Notes: generated by a model not told the origin, from the letters alone. Numbered from the whole stretch's first letter, positions 27,593-40,130 are shown. The stretch: DNA of 62,963 nucleotides, filler included, from Chiloscyllium plagiosum (GCF_004010195.1; 4 parts of one record of this genome joined end to end with filler, not necessarily neighbours in it); one strand, 5' to 3'. Translations and numbers: made by a program.

Positions 27593-28189
27593 ACATACCA
27601 CATTTGGCTTTGGACTGAATTCAAACAATTTAAGTCTTCCTGCTTTGAAGACAATAACGTGTGTTAAGGTGTTTGTGAGTTTATATTTTAAAAAAATGCT
27701 GAAGCACATTGAGTGTTGAAGATACAAAATTGCCTCATTAGGTCAATGAAAGGAATACCCAGGCAAATCCACATTTCCTGTGTAATGGAGTGCAAAGGTG
27801 TCATCTGTAAATACATTAGCTGGTGCCTGTTCTAGTCGAGGAGTGATCAGCACGGTAACAACATCTAGATTGTGGTTTTTGAGGTTGGTGGTGGTGGAGG
27901 TTCAGGCGGTTACAGTATTGCAAATGAACAACGCCTGTTTGTTCAGTGACTATGATTGATATCAGTCTCCATGGATCTTAATGATGTCACTGGACGGTTT
28001 CCCTCTCCTATTAGTAAGGGGTTTCTTGCAATGCTTTATGCCATTGTATCAACAGATGCATCACCTCCGTGACTAACAGGGGTCAGCAGGTGCAGAGACA
28101 GGAAGAGGAGAGGTAAGCATCTGAGAATAGTCTGGAATGCTCTATTAGTGGATCAGAATCTGCGAACATTAGACTGGAATGCTGCAACA

Positions 28190-28322
28190 ATGGACAGGGA
28201 TTTGTACTGGGGACTGTTCTATCTTTCCTGGCATTGGTCGACATTATCAGATCGGATATACGGTGTACTGATGATTATTCAGACAGGTTACTATCCCATG
28301 CTCGCTATTGTTGGTGTTCCTG
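28190..28322 (+). CDS. First coding exon of a class A GPCR, GPR139/GPR142-like (N-terminus and start of TM1); downstream exon not in window
   Basis: Translates MDRDLYWGLFYLSWHWSTLSDRIYGVLMIIQTGYYPMLAIVGVP. YYP.LA.VGVP followed by a phase-1 donor G|GTAAGT is the exon-1 pattern I recognise for this receptor group. The frame is open upstream to 28073, so the true start is uncertain. Confidence 0.78.
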
Positions 28323-31300
28323 GTAAGTATCTCCATCTCTATCCATTTACTAATTCCATAAACCATGGTGAACTTCCTTGCTATTTCTGTTACCTATATT
28401 TGGCAAAGGTGGAAAATGTTGTCTTCCGATACAAATGCAAAGCCATTCCTTACCACAAATTTCAGAACCGCCCACACCCCTGCTCTCACAAACACCTGAG
28501 AGTAAGATTTTTCACAATCTCGGAGTACATTTTTACCCGGAATTCACTTACGTCTCGATATTCTGTCCATCATCAAACTTATCCACTATCAACTCAATAA
28601 TATCCCCAGTCGCCATCTTGGCATCGATGCTGACGCTTAATAAACAATTTTTCATGCCTTTACGGTTACAGGTCTCCTCGAAGCATGATTTCAGTTGCAA
28701 ATATTTCGATCACAACCTTGTTCTTGTCTCTAAAATAATCTCATAACAGGGACACTGTCAGAGTAATAATGTTACAATAAATGTAATTCAGTGGCACAAG
28801 TTATTACACATAAAGGCACTGTTTCACATCTTACCACAAACTATGTCAGAACGTAAATTCGAATGACAGGATTTGGAAATAAAAACAAGTTTCACTAATT
28901 CTGACCATAACATCACCTGCATTTAGTCTATAAATTTATCTATTTCACTGATCAAGTTTGCAAAAGAAATCTAGCATTATTACCTGATCTGGCTTAAGAC
29001 TGACATCAGACCCCCAGTAATGTGCTTGGCTCTGTACTATCTTCGGGAATGCGCTCACCGTAAAGGGTCAACTAGTCCTGTCCCTGTCAGCCATCCAGAC
29101 ATCCCATGTAATAATAAAAGTAAAGGTTAAATAAAACAAAGAATGATGCAAGAGATCAGAATCAAAAAGAACGACAAAGTGCCAGAGAAACTGAGCAGAT
29201 TTGGCAGCCTCACATCGGGAGAAAAAAATAATTGGCATTTTGAGTCCAATGACCAGATATCAGAAATGAACGCCGCTGGGAAATAGTGTGATTGATGTTG
29301 GTGACATGGATGACTGTTGTAAATGGGAAAAGGACTGAGTAGAATAGATAGAGAAAGAGAAAGATAGAGGGAAAGAAGCAAACAAACAGATTGTTTATGA
29401 TTAGCTGGGATGGAAAACAAACGAGATTAAGCTTATTTATTTTTCTCTTGTTACCATATTCCTAAAAACTGTGACCATGTACGGTATACATCAAAACCAC
29501 TGTTTAAAGTGAGTCATGTCGCTTTGTCTCTCTTCCTTGAGTGTAAACATATTATTTTATTCATTAATGGGATGCTGAGCCAGTATTTAATTCCCTTTCC
29601 CCATTGTCCTTGAGTAGGTGTTTATGAGCTGCCTTGCTGACCAGTGCAGGCCGTGGGCTGTAAGTAGTCAGTTCTGTCCGGTTTCATTTCTTTGAGACTT
29701 TATAGTGACTGATATAACTGAGTGGCTGGCCTGACCATTTCAAACTGCAACTGAGAGTTAACCACATTGCTGTGGGTCTGGAGTCACACGTAAGCCCGAT
29801 CAGGTGAAGATGTTGGATTTCCTTCCCTGAAGGGCATGGGGGTGCCAGGTAGGATAATCGACAATGGTTTCATTGTTTTATTTGATTCTTAATTCCTGAT
29901 ATTTTATTGAATTCAAGTTCCAACATTTGCCGAGGTGGAATTCCAATCCTGGGTCTGGGTCATTACCTGGGTCCCTGAATTAATAGTCCAGAGATCATAC
30001 AGCAAGGCCAGTGCCTCTTCAGCATCTTCAACCATCTCCAATGGCAATCGTGATGATGCTGTTGGAGTGGTTTTGCTTCATAAGGCATAAAATGCTTTGC
30101 CAAAATATACCATCCTTCTCATTTTGTATTTATGAGAAGGCGAGATAATGGAAAGTGCTACTGGGGAAAATGAGCTAGATGTCCTTGGTGATGAGTCACT
30201 GACAGTAAGTTCATTGCAAAATGATTAAAGTGTAGGAGTGAAGCCACCTTCTAGTATTTGTAGAGTGTTCTTGCGATAGTACGTGGGACACTGTGAATAG
30301 ATGTTCTCTCCTTTATCATGAATGATTTCCTTGCTACATAGAGACAGAATAAAGGAGTTTCACCAGACTAATTCCTGCAGTGATAGTACCATGAGAAGAG
30401 TGTGAAGGAAATTAATATGTAACGGTACAAAAGAATTAAAATTGATTGCATTAAAACTTGATGGACTAACACTAATTATTTCCAAAACAAAACGTTAATA
30501 GCGTGAAATATAATGTGTTTTCTGCAATACACGTCTTCACATTTGGACAAATATATAGAGAGGCAACATTGACAACGATATGAGCCAAGTGCAGGGAAAT
30601 GGGCTGAGCATGGATGAACATTTTGGTCAGCATGAACCAGTTTGGGCTAAAGGCCTGTCTCCGTGCGATAGGACTCTATGATAATGTACATAGCTCTTTG
30701 GACACCCGCCCCCCCCTCCACCCCCACCATGTTGGTTGAGAGAGAGATCTAGGTTCTGAATGAACTCTCATCATCTCAATGTGCAGTTGTTGTGTAAGCC
30801 TGCACTGAACGTTATGTTTTTCACAAATCTGTCAGCAGTCAAATTGTGATAGAGTTCCCCATTTCCGCCAGCAACTGGCCACCGTACAGAACACTAGCCT
30901 ATTTTTTTCTGCCACAAAGCTAGTCCTTTTTTTTGTTTAAATGCTGTTCCTTGGCTCAAGGAGACCCTGTCTTTGATGTTTATCAGAGGGACAATAAAAC
31001 GAGGCCTGACTCCGATCAGTCTCCTTTGGTACAGAGATGAAAAGGATTTCCAGAGGCTTTTTGCTTATATGTAAACAGATGAGACTTCTGCCCTTCAACT
31101 TTAACCTGAAAGCATGTGCTCCATTTATACTGGTCTTTAAATGGAGTTTGCTTATTGTGACTGTTGTGTATATTTGGAACAGCATAATTAAGTCTATCTG
31201 CATAGGTTAAGTTCAGTAGGGCTTCATTATTCTGTTCTTTGTGTTTCATTGTGTAATTTTTTGAATACAGTTTTTGTCTGTTTTAAAATCTAGTAGACAA

Positions 31301-31419
31301 CCTCACTAACGTAGTCCAGGTAATTTACATTGTGCACTTACCGAAACAAGTTGCAATGTTATGCTTTGGGCGGCCTACTTAAGAATGCTTTAAGTGGTCT
31401 AGCCGAGTCCATAACAGAC

Positions 31420-31438
31420 TGGGGGCTCTTTGCGGGAG
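31420..31438 (+). promoter_or_regulatory. Primer-binding site, tRNA-Pro type (degenerate)
   Basis: TGGGGGCTCTTTGCGGGAG lies 3 nt after the LTR end and resembles the tRNA-Pro complement TGGGGGCTCGTCCGGGAT. Confidence 0.75.
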
Positions 31439-32359
31439 TTCACACAGCGAGTGTGAGGTGCTCGTGTCTTTATTTGTGGTGTTGGGTTTGTTGGGCAGAC
31501 AAAGCTTTGGATAGCAATGGCTGTTTCAGTCGCCAAAAGTTTTCTGGATGTAGATGCAATGACTTCTGAAGGTTTGAAAAACGTGAATAACACCAAGCTG
31601 CAGGACTTCGCAGAGAAGCTGGAATTGGACCTGCCTGATTCTTTGACGAAAGGAGAGATAATTACAACAGTAGCTCGTCAATTAGACTTGCTAGAGAAAC
31701 CATCAGAATCTACAGAGCTGGCAAGAATTCAATTGTAAATGAGGCAGCTTGAGTTTGTGGCGAGATTTAAGGAAAGGGCAGCAGAAATGAAACAGTTAGA
31801 GTTACGTTTAAAAGTAGAAGTGAGGGGAAAACAGCAGCAGAAGAGATGGAAAAAGAGAGAGCAGCAGAGGAGAAAGAAAGAGAGAGCTTTTGAACAGCAA
31901 AAACTGACACTTTAAAAAGGAAAGTCAGCGTAAAGGACTGGAGATAAAGGCTGAGGGTAGGGTGAGTAAGGAAATGAGTGAGGATGAGCAAACCCCTGGT
32001 AGTCAGAAGCCTATCTTCGGTCAAGCATTGCCGACGTTTGATGAGAAGAATATGGAAGGCTTTTTCAACTCATTTGAAAAGGTGACTAGACAAATGCAAT
32101 GGCCAGAGTCAATGTGCGTTTTGTTAATCCAAATGGAACTTTTAGGTAGGGCTAGTGAGGCATTCGCATCCCTATCAGAGGACGGATCTGGTTTCTGGAA
32201 TCTAATGAGGGATCCTGGTCAAAACTTCATTGAGTTTGAAAGGATCAAACAGAGTAATTTTGATAGATGAATAAGAGCTTGAAAAAAGCAAGCAAAATGG
32301 CTGATGATTATCAGTTGGTCCATAAACTTAGTTTGGCTTCCAGAATCTATTTCAGTCCA

Positions 32360-32995
32360 TGAGGGATAGAAATTGGAGCAAGGAGATATCCTCACGTGGA
32401 AAGGAAAAGGTAGATCTCAGTGAAGACAATAAGGATAATTTACCACAGGTTAAAAAAGAAACCCTTGAGAGGGACAAAGAAGTGATGCCCTCCATTTCCT
32501 CATTAAGATATCATTTGTTAAGTAGTAACAGATAGGATTGCATTCATTTTCTTTCTTGCTAAATGCCCCCCGGTGTTTTCATTGTAATAAAATGGGCCAC
32601 ACAAAATCACAGTGAGGGATAGAAATTGGAGCAAAGAGAGCTGAAGAAGGGCTTATGCCCGAAACGTCGATTCTCCTGTTCCCTGGATGCTGTCTGACCT
32701 GCTGCGCTGTTCCAGCAACACATTTTCAGCTCTGATCTCCAGCATCTGCAAACCTCACTTTCTCCGCAAAGAGATATCCTCACGTGGAAAGGGAAATATA
32801 GATCTCAGTGAAGACCATAAGGATAATTTAACACAGGTTAAAAAAAAACCTTGAGGGGGTAAGAAGTGATGACCTCCATTTCCTCATTAAGACATCATTT
32901 GTTAAGTAGTAACAGTTAGGAATGCATTCGCTCTCTTTCTTGCTAAATGTCTCAGGAGTTTTCATTGTAATACAGGTGCCACACAAAATCACAGT
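32360..32995 (+). repeat. Tandem duplication of about 250 bp within gag
   Basis: TGAGGGATAGAAATTGGAGC...CACACAAAATCACAGTG occurs at 32360-32612 and again from 32613; the second copy carries a 126-bp insert. Confidence 0.9.
32640..32765 (+). mobile_element. Solo Penelope tail with hammerhead core, flanked by a 9-bp TSD
   Basis: GCAAAGAGA at 32631-32639 and 32766-32774; the insert is absent from the sister duplicate at about 32378. Confidence 0.9.
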
Positions 32996-35900
32996 GTTGG
33001 TAGGCTAGGACAACCATATGTATAAAACCAGACAACCCTGGAAGATTTGTTGGACCAGTAACAAAAAGCATAAGGGAAGTTAGACAACTGCCTCAGAGTG
33101 TACAAGATGATCAGAAGTTGATCAAGGAATACGTGCCAAATATGCTTAAAATATACATACAAGGGTAAAGTTTATTCACATAGGCCAGGAGTCATAGATA
33201 AGGCGGTTCCAATATTGAAGGAGACAGGATCTTCTCAGTCTGCAGTACTGAGGGATGAGAAGATATGCACGCCTGAGAGACTATTGCCAGAAAATGTGCT
33301 GGTAACAAGAATCATGGTGAGACAAAATGTGCTCAGTTATGTAAAGGGAGAACAGTGGATAGTGTGTGATAGGAGTACTGGACCCCAAACTCTCAGCTCC
33401 AGGAATAAATTTTGTCCTTGGAAATGATATAGCTGATTCGCCGGTATGTGTGCTGCCTACTCTAGTTGAAAATCCAGTGGAGATGCAGGCAATGGAAGAC
33501 GTGCAGAATGTTTATCCAGGAATTTCCCCTGACTGTGTGATCACAGATCACAATGTTCAGGTTGAAGCAGGAGGGATCAAAAGGAAGCTGATGTAGAGTT
33601 ATCCGAATCGTATTTTGATCAGATAAGTAGAACAGAGAAGGAACAAGTTGGAGAACATGCAAGTATTTTCAGCTCTGCGAAGTTGATTGACCTGCAGCAG
33701 AAAGATGAGGAATTAAAACAGTTATATCAAAAGTCATTTAACAAGAAAGAAAGAAAGCATTCCTGTCTGTTATTGCTTAACAAATTATGGCTTAATGAAT
33801 TTTGCCAGACGTGTCAAACATATCACGAAGACAGTAATAAAACTTGCACCTTTAATACATATTCCAGCATTTGACGACCCTTTCACAAGAGTCTTGATAG
33901 ATTGCGTAGGTCCCCTACCACAAACAAAAGGTGGCAATAAGTATTTATGTGTCGATAAGATATCCAGAGGCAATCTCATTATGCTGCATCACACCTATAA
34001 AGGTTGTAGAAAAAAAACTTAATATTTTTCCGAGATACGCACTACCAATATGATACAGTCAGATCAACGAACAAACTTCACATCCAAACTATTCAAGGAG
34101 GCGATGGATAACTTGGGAATAAAACAATTCAAATCTACTGCTCACTATCCAGAATCACAGAGAGCACGAGAGAGATGGCATCAATAACTGAAGCCCATGT
34201 TGAGCGTTTATGGTCAGGATTATCCAGATGACTGCGATAAGGAAATTCCTTTTGAACGTTTTGCCATCAGGGATACACCGAATGAATCGATCAAATTCAG
34301 TCCATTTGAATTAATTTTTGGACAAGATCGAGGAGGACCATTAAAATTGATGAAGGAGAAATTAACAAATCAGAATTCAGAGTCCACCCATTTGGACAAT
34401 GTGTCAAATTTTAGGGAAAGATTAAATAGAGCTGGAGAGTTGGCTAGAAACATTTAAAAGTATCACAGCATACAATGAAACAGGAAGCGGATAAGAAATC
34501 ACAAATTTACAATTTTGCATTTGGGAATAAAGTATTGGTGTTCTTTCAAGTAATAGGTGAGCCTTTAAAAACAAGGTTTTGCGTACCTTGTCAAATTGAT
34601 AGGAAATTTAGTGAGATAAACTACTTGCTGAGGACTCCAGATAGGAAGAAATCTCACAAAGTGCGTCATGTATATGTGCTCAAAAGATAGGTTGATAGTG
34701 AAAGAAAGCAAGAGGAGAAGGTGTTCATGATTACAGCACAGAAAGAAGAACCAAGTTCAGAGGATTCTGAATGGGACATTCCTCAAATCAGATTGAACAA
34801 TGAGAAAGTTGTCAAACATTAGACTAAATTATTGAGTTACCTTCCACAAGAAAATCGAAATGACCCAAAAGATTTATTACTATCACCTTGGGAGATATAC
34901 GGAGGTAAACTGGGAAGTACTAACATAATTGTGCATCATGTAGATATAGTAGATGCTGTTCCGATTCAGCAACATCCTTATAGGCATAACCCTCCAAAGT
35001 TGGAACAGGTTCAGAAAGAGATAGAGTGAATGCTCCAAGATGGCATAATCGAAGTGGAACTCACCTATAGTCATGATGCCAAAGCCAGATGGTACCTCAC
35101 AGTCATGTCGGGACTATGACAAAGTCAACACTGTTACAAACCTAGCTAAAAGTGAATTTACGAAAGCCCAACTCACGTTCCTAGGCCATGTTATTGGACA
35201 TGGACCAATAGCCCCATGAGATACAAAATCGTAAGTAGTGCGAAAATTCCCACACCATCGACAAAAAGTAATATTACGGTTCCTGGGATTGACTGGATTT
35301 TACTGAATGTTTGTGCCAAACTTTAGTAGTGTGGCTGCTCCACTCACCAAGTTATTAAAAAAGGGCAAGAAACTTCAGTGCATAGCAAACTGTCAAAAGG
35401 CATCTGACAGCCTAAAAATTGTTTTAACGACTGCCCCCAGTATGAGCTCCACCGGATTACACAAAGCCTTTCAAGGTGGCTATCGATGCCAGTGATGTGG
35501 ATGTCGGTATGATGCTCCTGCAGGAAGATGACGAGGGAATCAATAGATCCATCGGATATTTTTCCAAGAAGTTGAACTTCATCAACAGAAATATTCAACG
35601 GTGGATAAAGAGACTTTAAGCTTGGTGTTAGCATGACAACATTTCAGTGTTTATATCACCAGCAATACGTCTGAGACAATAGTATACGCTGATCACAACG
35701 CATTGATATTTGCGGAAAAAATTAAGGACGAAAATTCCAGACTGTTTCGATGGAGCTTGTTGTTGGAGCCATTCATTATGACAATTGTGCATGTGGCAGG
35801 TTGTGAAAATGTAATTGCTGATGCGTTTCTGAAACTTGAATGAGATATGGAGGCGTTTGGTTGTGAGTGTACTGCGGCCTGAATTTGCATGGGGTTGTGC

Positions 35901-36009
35901 ATGTTTGCATGTTTACAGTTTCCATAGTGCATATGTGCATTTTTAGACTACCAACTGGGTTTGAATGGTTAAAAATGCAGCCATATTTTCGTAATGATGG
36001 TTTATTTTT

Positions 36010-36020
36010 AAGGGTGGAGG
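36010..36020 (+). promoter_or_regulatory. Polypurine tract of the Gypsy element
   Basis: AAGGGTGGAGG lies directly before the 3' LTR start CGTCACAAAGCTAGTCC. Confidence 0.75.
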
Positions 36021-37261
36021 CGTCACAAAGCTAGTCCCTTTTTTGTCAAGAAGCTTTTTTTGGCTCAGGTGGACTCTGTCCTTGTTTTTTTTTCAGAGGG
36101 AAATGTTGCACCCAAGGTGCTGACTACTCCACCTCCTGATGCTGCTTTGCTTTGTGTGGTCTTCCAGCCTCTTGGTTTTCAATTCTTACCTTTTTTAAAA
36201 AATCTCTTCAGGTGTAATAGGCAGGACAGAGTGAATTGGCTGTGGCCCTGCTTGTCCAATAGTTTCGATGGGCTGAATGGCTTTCTTACATTCTTGTGAA
36301 ACCAGCTTGACATGCTGAAAGAGCTCCTCTTTTTATCCTGTGGAAATGTTCAGGGTTGCGCAGAGCAGTTACATGAATGTGACTTACACGTCAACAACAT
36401 GAGCTTGAATGTTGTTCAAGTTTTGAAGTTTTATGTGATTTCTACAGAACATCTTCACTTCTGATAGAATGACATATGGAAAGACATTGATGAAGCAGCT
36501 GAAGGTGTTTGTGACGTGGAAGCTACCCTGAGGATTGCCCACAGAGATATCCAGGGACGAAGAGGATTGCTTTCCACCAACCACATTGTTTTCTCAATGA
36601 CCCAGTGAGGAATTTACTTTGATCCCATTCAGTTCAACCTTATTCAGACTCCTTGACACCTTGCACCATCAAGTCCAGCCGTAATGTCAGGGCCAGCCAC
36701 TCTGACGCTGAGTTTGTATCTTTTGTTCATTACAAGAGGCCATGGTATATGTGTGGGGAGTGTTGCCGTCTCTCAGAGGGTAGAGAATGTTGGGGACACT
36801 CTGTCTCACACAGCTGCATAACAGAAATGATTGGGAGGGATGGGAGTGGGTGTCAATGGATTTTGACACGTCAAGAGATTCAAGGGCTACAAGGAATTGG
36901 GCATGAAAGAGAAATTGCAGCCGAGACCAGATTAGCCCTGACTTTACTGAAGGGAAGGGCAGGCTGAAGGAGCTAAATGGCCTGGTGTTATTCCAGTATA
37001 CCCCAGAGTCCAGTCAGTTTGTGGTCTCTTTGATTTCCTGTGTTACGGACTTCAAGTAACTGAATAGTAACTGAATAGACTGATCATGTTGCTGTGTATC
37101 AGGATTCTGGTGCTGCGTGATCTACTCTGGGTACAGTTTTATAGGCTCGAGGGGCTGATTAGCCTCCTCCTGTAACTGTATATCAGTGTCCAGGGGCTGA
37201 AAACATTCATCCTGTTCTGTTGTAACTAAATCCATACAGACTCATTCTACCATCCGAGGAG

Positions 37262-37448
37262 GAAGTGAGCACTGCAGATGCTGGAGATCAGAGTGAAAAA
37301 CGTATGGCACTGGAAAAGCACGACATGTTAGGCAGCATCCGAGAAGCAGGAGAATCGATGTTAGGACATTCCTGATGAAGGGCTTATACCTGAAGTATCG
37401 ATTCTCCTGTCCCTTGAATGCTGTCCCTGGTCTGGTGTGCATTTCCAG
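37262..37448. mobile_element. Head-to-head pair of Penelope-like tails (palindrome)
   Basis: Minus-strand tail up to GAATCGATGTT, then ATTCCTGATGAAGGGCTTATACC... on the plus strand. Confidence 0.8.
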
Positions 37449-37504
37449 TCCAATACGTTTCGACGTCTAACAGCGAGCAAAAGTCAACCTTCCGGTTCAC
37501 ATCA

Positions 37505-40130
37505 TCAATTAAGTTTAAAACGGTTTTAGGCATAAACCTCCATGCACAAAGCCATACTTACTATTCCTAATCAGATCCTGCCTTTCCAAATGAATGTACA
37601 TCTTATTCCATGGTATCTTCTCAAGTAATGTACCTACCAATGATGTTAAACGTACTGGTCTATAGTTCCCACACATTTCATTTACAGATATTTTTGAATA
37701 AAGGCTCAGCATTTGTAATCCTCCAGTCTTCCAGAATCTCACATTTTGTTAATGGTGATAAAAAGTTTTAACCAGGGTCCCCGCAAGTTCTTCTCTAGCT
37801 CCTTGCAGTGTTCATGGATATACTTGTAAGGACCGTGAGATTAATCCACCGTCAAACATCTTTGTGCGCCCAATACCTCCTCTACTGTGATATGGACTGC
37901 CCCTAAGGTATTATCACTAACTTCCTCAATTTCCTAAGTATTTATGTCTTTCTCCACGGTTCATACAGTGAAGAAATACTTGTTGAGGACCTCGTCCATC
38001 CCTTATGGTTCTACACGTATATGTCTAGTTTGGTATTTGAGGGGTCCTATTCTCTCACTTAGTTATTGCTTTCCTTTCATACTCTGAAAGTACCTCTTTG
38101 GATTCATCCCAATTTTCTCAGCCAAGATTCTTTTGCACCTTTGTCCCCTTCTTGATTTCCATCAGAGATAGACTTCTATATCCCTTATATACCACCAGGG
38201 AATCCCTTGATCCCAGTTGCCTGCACCTGAGCCACTCATCTCCCTTTTTTCAGTCAACGCCGAAATATCTCTTGTCATGCTGAGTTCCCCATTCCTGCCA
38301 ACCTTGCCCTTCACTGTCACAGGAACATAAAAACCTTTGAACTCTAGCTATCTCACGTTTAAAGGCCTCCCACTAGCCAGGGGACCATTCACCTGCAAAC
38401 ATACTACTCCACTTGACACCTGCAAGCTTCTGTCTAATCCCATCAACATTTATCTTGTCCCAATTTAGAACTTGTGCCTCTCCATAGTTTTGTCCCTCTC
38501 CATAGCTATTTGAAAATTAATAGAATGATGGTCACTAGTCCCAAAGTGCCCCCCCCACTGTCACCTCAGTCACCTGTCCTGGTCTGTTTCTCAAGAGTTG
38601 TTCGAGTTTTGACCCTTCCCAAGTAATACCCTCTACATTCTGCTTGAGGAAACTTTCCTGAACACACTTATCGCATTCCACTCCATCAAATTCCGTAACG
38701 CTCCGGCAGTCTCAGTCTGCTACAAAAATTAAAATCCACTGTTATGACAACCACATTGCTCCTGCATGTCTCTCTTCTCCATGCATATTTGTTACTCTAA
38801 TTCACGTTGGCTATTTGGAGGCCTATAGTACAACCAGGTGACATCATCATCCACTTCCTACTTCTTAGCTCCATCCATAAAGCCTCACTGGTGATTGGTC
38901 AGTTATTTTATCTCTGATTACTGTTATGATAATCCCCTTAATCAGAAATTCAATTCCTCCTCCCCTCCTTCCAGGATCCCTCTCCCGCCTAAAGCACCTG
39001 TACCCTGGTACGTTAAGCAGCCAGTCCTGTCCTTCGCTTAGCTATGTTTCTATAAAGGCTGTATTATCCCAATCACACCTTCCTTTCCCCGCCCTTAGTT
39101 TATTGGTCTTACCTGCCAGCACTCTTGCATCGAAATAAATGCAGTTTAATCCAACAGGCATTCCTTGCTCCCTGTCGTTTTCCAGCCTAACCTGTCTCTT
39201 CGCTTTACTGTTTTTGATTACTGTATCTCTTTGCAGCCTCGCACTTGACTCCCTGATCATGAGAATACCCTCCTCGCCAGTATAGTTTAAACCCTCCCTT
39301 GTAGCACTAGCAAAATTCGCCAACACGATATTGGTCTCCTCCCCATTGCATGTGCCACCTGTTTCTCCTGATCATGTCAACCCTGTCACAGAAATGACCC
39401 CAATGATCTAAAAATTTGAATCTCTCTGCCCCCCCACCCCCGCACCAATTCTTTAGTTACTTATTTATCTGCCATATCCTCCTGTTCGTACTATCATTAG
39501 CTCATCCCACTGGAAGTAATCAGCAGATTACCACCTTCAAGGTCCTATTTTTTAACTTTTCTCCTAGCTCTCAGTAATCACGCTGTAGGACCTCATTCCT
39601 ATATTTACGTGTGTCATTTGTGCCGACGTGCACAATGACTTCTGGCTGCTTCCTCTCCCCCTTGAGAATGTTCTGCAGCCACTCGGAGACATCCTGGCAC
39701 CTAGGAGGTAACACACCATCCTGGATTCCTGTTTGAGGCCGCGGAATCTCCGATCTGTCCCTCTAACAATCGACTCTCCTATCTCTAAGGTCCTGTTTAG
39801 TGCAACTGTCCTAACTGCTATCACCCCTGCTGCAACACTAAAGTTGAATGGACTTTACTTGAGCTTCTCTGTAGGTTTTGCTGAGCTGTTGCTTTGCAAA
39901 GCATCTTGAGCCAAACATTACTACTTACTCTGCTACCAAAAGCGTGCCTCTCAACCCCTTCGCACTTACTTTTGGTTAGGGAAAGAGGGAGACACTGCAG
40001 TGATGTAACACTTGAGCTTTCAGCACTCCTTGACACCTGGCCACTGACTACCTGCTCTCCAACCAAGATCACTACTTGGCCTTGGAGGGTGTCCTCATCT
40101 GTGTCGACATCTGAGGTCTTCAGGTCTTCC
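37505..40130 (-). mobile_element. CR1-clade LINE, 5' half (ORF1 esterase, endonuclease, start of RT)
   Basis: IGESIVRGTDRRF (39564-39824), LNCIYFDAR...AFIET (39042-39326), GNYRPVRLTSLVGTLLE (37515-37742). Confidence 0.85.

Larger units (their letters stand above)
30910..36101 (+). mobile_element. Gmr1-like Gypsy LTR retrotransposon (gag-PR-INT-RT-RH), decayed
   Basis: 5' LTR 30910-31416 (TG...CA). Gag has FDEKNMEGFFNSFEKV and a CFHCNKMGHTKSQ knuckle; protease ILKETGSSQS; integrase PFTRVLIDCVGPLP, QSDQ, FSPFELIFG; then RT PIQQHPYR and RNase H (DASD, YFSKKL, DHN). A polypurine tract is followed by a truncated 3' LTR at 36021-36101. Confidence 0.92.

Noticed and set aside
28323..28600. Remainder of the 150-aa ORF as coding sequence
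   Set aside because: It lies after a consensus GTAAGT donor and GPCR similarity stops there, so it is intron read-through.
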